DNA of 64,000 bases, taken from contig CASDZZ010000001.1 of the NCBI GenBank assembly GCA_949285875.1, positions 7,110-71,109 of the forward strand, in the 5' to 3' direction. This DNA comes from an uncultured bacterium. Its GTDB lineage: Bacteria; Bacillota_I; Bacilli_A; RF39; UBA660. The translations under genes were made by a program, and so were the position numbers. The notes under the pieces are model-generated. The model was not told the origin of the DNA. It saw only the letters and a program-made list of their open reading frames with translations, and ran no database searches. How positions within the stretch are numbered: position 1 is the stretch's first letter; each line of letters begins with the position of its first letter. Shown in pieces: positions 57,926 to 64,000 of this stretch.

Positions 57926-58918
57926 ATGAATATTTTTATTACTCAAACTATTATAATGATATTTTTAGCATTTGTAATATTTTATTTGATAATGTATAAC
58001 AAAGCCTTGAAATTAGAAAAAAGAATATCAAAATATAGTATAGAATCAATAAAAGATCATTCTATTTCATTTTTTGATGCTCTTTCAAATTCTTATTCTA
58101 AAATGGTACAGAATTTATCAAGAATAATAAAAAAGTCAATTTTAATTAGTAAATATGCTTCTAAATATAATAAATATATTTCCTATGATAATATAAAAGA
58201 AGTAAGTTCGGTTGACTTTGTAAGCAACAAAATATATATAAGTTTAGGTTTTATGTTTATAGTTTCTTTTGCAAGAGTTATTGAAGGTGTCTTTCCTAGT
58301 ATTTTTGATTTATTATTATCAGGTTTAGTAGGGTTCTTTTTAATAGATATTGTGTTTAAAATAAATGATTATGTTAAAAAGAAGCAAGTTGAACAAGAAC
58401 TTTTAAATGCAATAATAATAATGAATAATGCTTTTAGATCTGGAAGAAGCACAATTCAAGCTATTGAAATAGTAGCAAATGAACTTAAGGGACCTATAAA
58501 ACAAGAGTTTAAAAAAATGCATCTAGAAATTAGTTATGGGTTATCATTAGATGTTGTTTTTGAAAGATTTAGTAAAAGGGTTGACTCTGAGGAAGTAAGT
58601 TATATTACCTCATCACTTAGCATTTTAAATAAAACAGGAGGTAATATTATAAAGGTTTTTGCCTCCATAGAAAAGATGCTATTTAATAAAAGAAAATTAA
58701 AGCAAGAAATGAAGTCTCTTACTTCTAGTGCAAATATGATTAGTAAAATACTTCTTATAATGCCATTTATATTCGTTATTTTGATTTCACTTTTAAATAA
58801 AAATTATTTCTTAGTTTTGCTTAACACTACTTTAGGTAATATTTTATTAGCACTAATTATTATTATCTATTCAGCTTATGCATTTATTGTTAGTAAAATA
58901 ATGAAAGTGAGGTTTTAA
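57926..58918 (+). CDS. TadB-like type II secretion system F-domain protein
   Basis: T2SSF-like topology and position after the ATPase. Confidence 0.7.
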   Translation: MNIFITQTIIMIFLAFVIFYLIMYNKALKLEKRISKYSIESIKDHSISFFDALSNSYSKMVQNLSRIIKKSILISKYASKYNKYISYDNIKEVSSVDFVSNKIYISLGFMFIVSFARVIEGVFPSIFDLLLSGLVGFFLIDIVFKINDYVKKKQVEQELLNAIIIMNNAFRSGRSTIQAIEIVANELKGPIKQEFKKMHLEISYGLSLDVVFERFSKRVDSEEVSYITSSLSILNKTGGNIIKVFASIEKMLFNKRKLKQEMKSLTSSANMISKILLIMPFIFVILISLLNKNYFLVLLNTTLGNILLALIIIIYSAYAFIVSKIMKVRF

Positions 58919-58920
58919 TA

Positions 58921-59625
58921 ATGAAAGATAAGAGAACTTTTATTTATAGAGTATATAGAAAAAAAGACATAAATAAAGTAGAAAGTAAGATAAATCTATT
59001 TGGAATATCTAAGAAGTTTGATACAGAATATTTTATGAATTATAGATTTTATACTTCTTTACTTGTTTTTGTAATCCTTTTTATATTTGCTGAATCTGGC
59101 CCTCTTGTTGCACCAATTGTTACAACTATTTGGTACTGGTTTGTTGGGTATTATATGTTAGACCTCCCTTTAAAAAGAAGAGAAAAAAAACTTGATAATG
59201 AAGCTTATTATTATTTTGAGGTTTTAACCCTTGCTTTAGAATCTGGAAGAAATTTGGAAAATGCGATTAAAATGGCTTGTAAGTATATAGATTCTGAAAT
59301 ATCTTCTGAATTTAAAGAAACCTTAAAACAAGTTAACTTTGGAAAGTCTCTAAACGAAAGTTTGTCACTAATGAGTTATAGAATACCTAGTTTAACAATA
59401 AATAACATAATTTTAAATATGCAGCAATCAAATTTATTTGGTAATAGCATTATTGAGACAATGTATAACCAGCTAGACTTTTTAAAAGATAAACAAATTA
59501 TGGATATCAAAGAGCAAATTAATAAAATTCCTAATAAGATAAGTATATTTTCGGTTATATTTTTTATCCCTCTTATATTATTAATAATTTTGGGACCAGT
59601 ACTTATTGAGTTCATGATAGGATAA
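58921..59625 (+). CDS. TadC-like type II secretion system F-domain protein
   Basis: T2SSF-like topology and position. Confidence 0.65.
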   Translation: MKDKRTFIYRVYRKKDINKVESKINLFGISKKFDTEYFMNYRFYTSLLVFVILFIFAESGPLVAPIVTTIWYWFVGYYMLDLPLKRREKKLDNEAYYYFEVLTLALESGRNLENAIKMACKYIDSEISSEFKETLKQVNFGKSLNESLSLMSYRIPSLTINNIILNMQQSNLFGNSIIETMYNQLDFLKDKQIMDIKEQINKIPNKISIFSVIFFIPLILLIILGPVLIEFMIG

Positions 59626-59744
59626 AGCAATTAATTTGCTTTTTTTATTAACGATATACTTTACGCTTTGAATAAAAACTAATTGATTGGGAATATTTAA
59701 AATGATATGATTATAATAGGTTATAGTAGAAAAGGAGTGTTCTC

Positions 59745-60794
59745 ATGAAAAAAATTAATACTTTTTTTACTGATGATGGTGTTGAAAAAAATAAAGTGGG
59801 AAGGCCAAAATTAGCTGATGAAGAAACTAAAAGAAAATCCCTGATAATTGCCGGTATTTCTTTTGTTGCTGTAATACTTTTACTAGTATTTGGGTATGGT
59901 ACTTTATTTGGTTTTAAAGGATTAAATTTATCTGGTAATATATTTTCGGCAAATAATGGTGAGAACGTATTAATTTCTGAACTTAGGCCTTTAATAAAAG
60001 ATATAACAATTAAAGAAGGAACCGCAAGAAAAGTTTATGTTTCTATATCTCCTGCTAATGCAACAAACAAAAAAATAGAATATAGAAGTTCTGATTCTAG
60101 TGTTGCTAGCGTTGATGAAACAGGAAAGGTTATAGGACTAAGCGAAGGGCAAACATTAATTACTGCGTCTACAACAGATGGAAGTGATATAGACACGACT
60201 TTTAAAGTAACAGTAATAAAAGATGCTTCTGGGAAATGCGCTTTTGATTATTTAAAAGAAGGCGAAGGTGGTTTATCTTATTCGATTTCCTGTGATAATG
60301 CTAAAATAAAAGAAATACAGTATAAGGTTGGAGAAGATAACTTTAAAAAAATAGCTAGTAAGAAATCTAGCGGGCTAATAGAATTTTCAGATGAGCAATT
60401 AAAAGAAGATATTACTTTAAAGGTGATTTATAATTCAAATAATAGTAAAGTTTCAAAGTATAGTGTAAAAACTTTTAAGTATAAAGATATATCTGAAGAA
60501 AATAAAAAGGGCAAATGTGATCTTAAGTTATATGATGAAAAAATAAATAGTGTTCGTTATGATATAACTTGTGAAAATGCAACGGTATCTTCAATTTCTT
60601 ATAAAATTGGAAATGGTAGTTATGTAGAAATAGATAAAAGTAATTTAGCTAATATAATTCTTTTTGAAGAAGCTACAATGACTAGGCCTTTGTATTTTAA
60701 TGTAGAGTATATAATTGATGAAACAAGTGTTAAGAAAAATATCTCTGAAAGCATGGTTATACCTAAAAAAGAGAATTTAGAAAGTGGTGAGTAA
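59745..60794 (+). CDS. Membrane-anchored Big_2 (bacterial Ig-like) domain protein with an N-terminal KNKVGRPKLAD motif
   Basis: Big_2 segment VSISPANATNKKIEYRSSDSSVASVDETGKVIGLSEGQTLITAST. One TM after a basic N-terminus. Confidence 0.65.
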   Translation: MKKINTFFTDDGVEKNKVGRPKLADEETKRKSLIIAGISFVAVILLLVFGYGTLFGFKGLNLSGNIFSANNGENVLISELRPLIKDITIKEGTARKVYVSISPANATNKKIEYRSSDSSVASVDETGKVIGLSEGQTLITASTTDGSDIDTTFKVTVIKDASGKCAFDYLKEGEGGLSYSISCDNAKIKEIQYKVGEDNFKKIASKKSSGLIEFSDEQLKEDITLKVIYNSNNSKVSKYSVKTFKYKDISEENKKGKCDLKLYDEKINSVRYDITCENATVSSISYKIGNGSYVEIDKSNLANIILFEEATMTRPLYFNVEYIIDETSVKKNISESMVIPKKENLESGE

Positions 60795-60795
60795 A

Positions 60796-61176
60796 ATGAA
60801 AAAAAATATTATAAAAAATAAGGTGGGAAGACCTAAGCTAGCCGACAAAAAAATAATTAAGGAATCTTTACTTGTTTGTTTGTTTTTGGTTGTAACAATT
60901 TGTGCAATAGGATACTTCGGTTTTAAAATATTAACTATTAATTCTAATCCAAAATATTACGTAGGTACGGTTTATAATACACATGTTAATTCATGTTTAT
61001 TAGAAGATGATAAAATAGATTGTGGACCTGGGGTAACTTATTTAAAGTATAAAACTGAAGGAACTCTTAAAGAAGTAAATAAAGAATATGATAGTATAAA
61101 AGTTGATCTAGATGGAAAGAAAGCAACTGAAATATGTTATAAAACTAACAGTAGTGAACTTAAATGTATAAAATAA
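60796..61176 (+). CDS. Small membrane-anchored protein with the same N-terminal KNKVGRPKLAD motif
   Basis: MKKNIIKNKVGRPKLADKK followed by a TM. Confidence 0.55.
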   Translation: MKKNIIKNKVGRPKLADKKIIKESLLVCLFLVVTICAIGYFGFKILTINSNPKYYVGTVYNTHVNSCLLEDDKIDCGPGVTYLKYKTEGTLKEVNKEYDSIKVDLDGKKATEICYKTNSSELKCIK

Positions 61177-61240
61177 GAATAATTCAATTTCTTATTTTAT
61201 ATTTTTTTTATTTTGGGTTAAAAATATAATTGGTGATAGT

Positions 61241-61978
61241 ATGATTAACGATATTTTAACAACTAATTGGTATGAAATAAGCGTGGTTGCAGAACGTGCG
61301 GTATTTTCTCTTTTAACTTTGTTTTTAGTTACAAAAATGATAGGTAATAAACAGGTCTCTGAATTAAGTTTATTTGACTATGTAATAAGTATTTCTATTG
61401 GTAATTTTGCTGCGGAAATGACTATGAATACGGATTCACAGGTACTTAATGGATTAACTTCTTTGATGATATTTGGCTTTATAGCTATTTTTGTTTCTAT
61501 AATTACCATGAAAAGTATTTTCTTTAGAAGAGTAATTATTGGCACACCAACCTTATTAATGCAGGAAGGTAAAATTTTATATAAAAATTTAAAAAAGGTA
61601 AAAATAGATATTAATGATTTTTTAGAAGTATGTAGATCACAAGGGTATTTTGACATTAGTGAAATAAAATATGCAATCATGGAAGTAAGTGGTAAAGTTA
61701 GTTTTTTGTTAAAAGAAGATTATTTGCCAGTAAATAATAAAGGCTTAAATATAAAAAATACTAGTCAAGGATTGTGCGCAAATATTATTATAGATGGTAA
61801 AATTATGAAAAATAATTTAAAGTTGGTTAATAAGGATTTAAAATGGTTGGAAAAGGAATTAAAACAAAAAGGTTATAATAATACTAAAAACATATTGTTA
61901 GCTACTGTTGATATAAACGAAAAATTAGTTATATATAATAAAAAAGAAATTAATTTTGAAAGAAATGTATTAGAGTAA
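61241..61978 (+). CDS. DUF421 (YetF-like) membrane protein
   Basis: VTKMIGNKQVSELSLFDYVISISIGNFAA motif. Confidence 0.75.
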   Translation: MINDILTTNWYEISVVAERAVFSLLTLFLVTKMIGNKQVSELSLFDYVISISIGNFAAEMTMNTDSQVLNGLTSLMIFGFIAIFVSIITMKSIFFRRVIIGTPTLLMQEGKILYKNLKKVKIDINDFLEVCRSQGYFDISEIKYAIMEVSGKVSFLLKEDYLPVNNKGLNIKNTSQGLCANIIIDGKIMKNNLKLVNKDLKWLEKELKQKGYNNTKNILLATVDINEKLVIYNKKEINFERNVLE

Positions 61979-62032
61979 TTTTACTTTATTGTTTTGAGTT
62001 TATTTTTATGATATTATAATTCTGGTGATATT

Positions 62033-64000
62033 ATGAAAGATAAAGTAAAAAAACTAGTAAAAGAAAATAAATGGGTACTACTTACTTTTCTCTTTTCGGC
62101 TATTGTAGTATCTATTATTTATACTTTACAAAAAATAGCCCCATTTGGAAATAATTCTATGCTTGATGTTGATTTTTATCATCAGTATGGGCCTTTATTA
62201 AACGAACTCTGTGATAGAATAAAAAGTGGGGAAAGCTTGCTTTATTCTTTTAATACTGGTGGCGGATTACCGTTTTACCGAAACTTTTTAAATTATTTAT
62301 CTAGTCCTTTTAATCTTATTTTATTTTTATTTGATAAAAATAATATAGTAATGGCTTTTTCTATTGTAATAGCGTTAAAGGTTATTTTTGCATCAGTAAC
62401 AATGGCTTTTTACTTAAAGAAGACTTTTAATAAAGACGGGATTTTAACTGCTATTTTTGGAATACTATATGCATTTTCTGGTTACTTTTGTGCTTATTAC
62501 TGGAATATAATGTGGTTGGATGGAATGGTATTTCTTCCTTTAATTATGTTAGGAATTAATAACATAATTAATAAAAATAATTGTAAATTATATATTGTTA
62601 GTTTAGCTATAATGCTATTTGCAAATTACTTTATAGCTTATATGATTTGTATTTTCTCTGTTTTATATTTCTGCGGCTATTTTTGGTATAAAAAGAATTT
62701 TAAAATAAAAAATATTATAAAAAAAGGTTTATTATTTGCAGGTGCTTCCTTTTTAGCGGCTGGGTTAGTTGCGGTAGCTTTGATTCCTCTATATTATTCT
62801 TTATCAAGTATCTCGGCAACTTCAGATAGTTTTCCTAAATTAGCTTTTAATTTTAATATTTTTAACTATTTATTCAATCATATTTCCGCTGTTAACAGAA
62901 CTGTTTTTGCAAGTGATGCACTTCCTCTTCCAAATATGTATCCTGGGTTAGCTACTTTAGTACTTATAATTTTATTATTTTTTAATAAAAAAATTAATCG
63001 TAGATTTAAAATTATTTCAGCTATATCGCTTTTTACTTTTTATTGCTTTTTTAATATAAATGCACTTGATTTTATATGGCATGCTTTTCATGTTCCTAAT
63101 GATTTGCCATGGAGGTATTCTTTTCTTTATGTTTTTATATTAATTGTAATTGGTTATTATTCTGCTATTAATATAAAACATACTAACTTTAATATGGTTT
63201 CTATTTCTTTTTTAATTATTTTGGCTTTAATACTATTATCGGTTAAGTTAAACTTTCCAAACATAACGGAAAAGAAAGCTATTATTTGTATAATACTTTT
63301 AATTTCTTACTATATACTATATAGTATCTATGATCTTAAATTAAAACATTCTTCCAAAGTTAAGTATGCGTTTTTAGTTATAGTTTGTGTTGAATGTATA
63401 TATGGAATAGATTCAAATTGGCTTATAAACCATGATATTAAGACATTTATGTCTAATAAAAAACCTTATACTGATTTAATAAAAATAGCTAAAATAGAAG
63501 ATAATGACTTATATAGAATAGAAAAAACAGATTATTTAACTTTAAATGACGGGGCTTGGTATGACTTTAATGGTATTTCTATTTTTAGTTCTATGGCTTA
63601 TGAAAGTGTAGCTAAATTGCAGAGAAATCTTGGTATGCCTGGTAATAACATAAATAGTTATTATTATAGAAATTATCAAACTCCAATTTATAATACTATG
63701 TTTAATATAAAATATATAATGGGTAATTACATAGAAAACAAATATTATACGCCATTAGCTTCTTCTGACACGTATAATTTAATAGGTTATAATTATTCTT
63801 CTTCCTTCGTTTATATGGTAAATGAGGATATAAAAAAATGGAAATTAAACAGTTATATGCCTTTTGAAAATCAAGAAAACTTTGTTTCGTTAGCAACTGG
63901 TAAAGATAATATTTTTTCTCCTATTAAGGTAAAAAAAGTAGCAGGGGGAAAAATACTGTCAAATAATTTTGAACTTAATTCTAATGGTGAATTTTATTAT
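62033..64000 (+). CDS. YfhO-family polytopic membrane protein (partial; runs off the 3' end of the window)
   Basis: Open frame from the ATG at 62033 to the window end (656 codons). DVDFYHQYGPLL, NTGGGLPFY, YYWNIMWLDG. Absent from the ORF track because it has no stop. Confidence 0.75.
   Translation, partial: MKDKVKKLVKENKWVLLTFLFSAIVVSIIYTLQKIAPFGNNSMLDVDFYHQYGPLLNELCDRIKSGESLLYSFNTGGGLPFYRNFLNYLSSPFNLILFLFDKNNIVMAFSIVIALKVIFASVTMAFYLKKTFNKDGILTAIFGILYAFSGYFCAYYWNIMWLDGMVFLPLIMLGINNIINKNNCKLYIVSLAIMLFANYFIAYMICIFSVLYFCGYFWYKKNFKIKNIIKKGLLFAGASFLAAGLVAVALIPLYYSLSSISATSDSFPKLAFNFNIFNYLFNHISAVNRTVFASDALPLPNMYPGLATLVLIILLFFNKKINRRFKIISAISLFTFYCFFNINALDFIWHAFHVPNDLPWRYSFLYVFILIVIGYYSAINIKHTNFNMVSISFLIILALILLSVKLNFPNITEKKAIICIILLISYYILYSIYDLKLKHSSKVKYAFLVIVCVECIYGIDSNWLINHDIKTFMSNKKPYTDLIKIAKIEDNDLYRIEKTDYLTLNDGAWYDFNGISIFSSMAYESVAKLQRNLGMPGNNINSYYYRNYQTPIYNTMFNIKYIMGNYIENKYYTPLASSDTYNLIGYNYSSSFVYMVNEDIKKWKLNSYMPFENQENFVSLATGKDNIFSPIKVKKVAGGKILSNNFELNSNGEFYY

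Noticed and set aside
1046-63896. ORF-track entries antisense to or overlapping strongly supported genes: 1046..1252, 7644..7898, 11074..11373, 13767..13985, 19288..19491, 20323..20568, 21538..21762, 29254..29493, 29563..29859, 30527..30715, 32128..32310, 33672..33887, 42296..42535, 42932..43129, 44877..45158, 47035..47226, 49831..50028, 50290..50574, 53667..53915, 57511..57873, 59376..59630, 61378..61680, 63702..63896.
   Set aside because: All lie inside genes that have clear family motifs on the other strand. They have low-complexity, Ser/Phe/Ile-rich translations typical of AT-rich antisense frames, and no RBS was seen.
1-64000. Search by eye for rRNA, tRNA, CRISPR arrays, reverse transcriptases/retrons and transposases.
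   Set aside because: No cloverleaf-like GC-rich segments, regularly spaced direct repeats, RT motifs (YxDD) or IS transposase ORFs were found. The only recombinase is the large serine recombinase at 4742..6214.

Overview
This is a very AT-rich (roughly 25% GC by eye) chromosomal segment from an endospore-forming Firmicute. The spore-former call rests on spoIIGA-sigE, ylbD/E/F-rsmD synteny, a dac gene, dapA and a YetF-like DUF421 gene. Almost all genes lie on the + strand. All domain calls come from motifs read by eye and remembered consensus sequences; no BLAST, HMM or folding was run. No rRNA, tRNA or CRISPR array was seen.

Housekeeping content: HIT protein, two C26 amidotransferases, cysteine desulfurase, short SSB, dapA, Ca-type P-ATPase, gpsA, nfo, yceD-rpmF, an ABC exporter, two paralogous three-gene ABC-2 modules, GNATs, a Tad-type pilus locus and a partial YfhO gene at the 3' edge.

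Main observations:
1. An 11.8-kb element (4471..16307) with a large serine recombinase precisely splits a PBP5-type DD-carboxypeptidase gene. It has a 14-bp duplicated core and a near-perfect palindromic attP. Excision in silico restores a 401-aa ORF.
2. The cargo of this element looks like the novel system. It is a tightly coupled operon: an 18-aa peptide gene plus hairpin, a C39-like peptidase, a small protein, YcaO, an Lnu/ANT-like nucleotidyltransferase, a MoaA-like radical SAM enzyme, a Nudix hydrolase and an S51 peptidase.
3. That operon is preceded by a truncated Rel/SpoT homolog whose synthetase catalytic Glu appears to be Gln. The rel gene sits behind a leader ORF and terminator.
4. 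An accessory/defense island at about 19.7-27.8 kb carries AbiEi/AbiEii translationally coupled to an AEP-primase/SF2-helicase fusion, a Fic protein, a decayed AbiQ/ToxN-type type III TA locus and several disrupted genes.
5. Ribosomal protein L32 carries an L27-like (Prp-type) 9-residue N-terminal propeptide.
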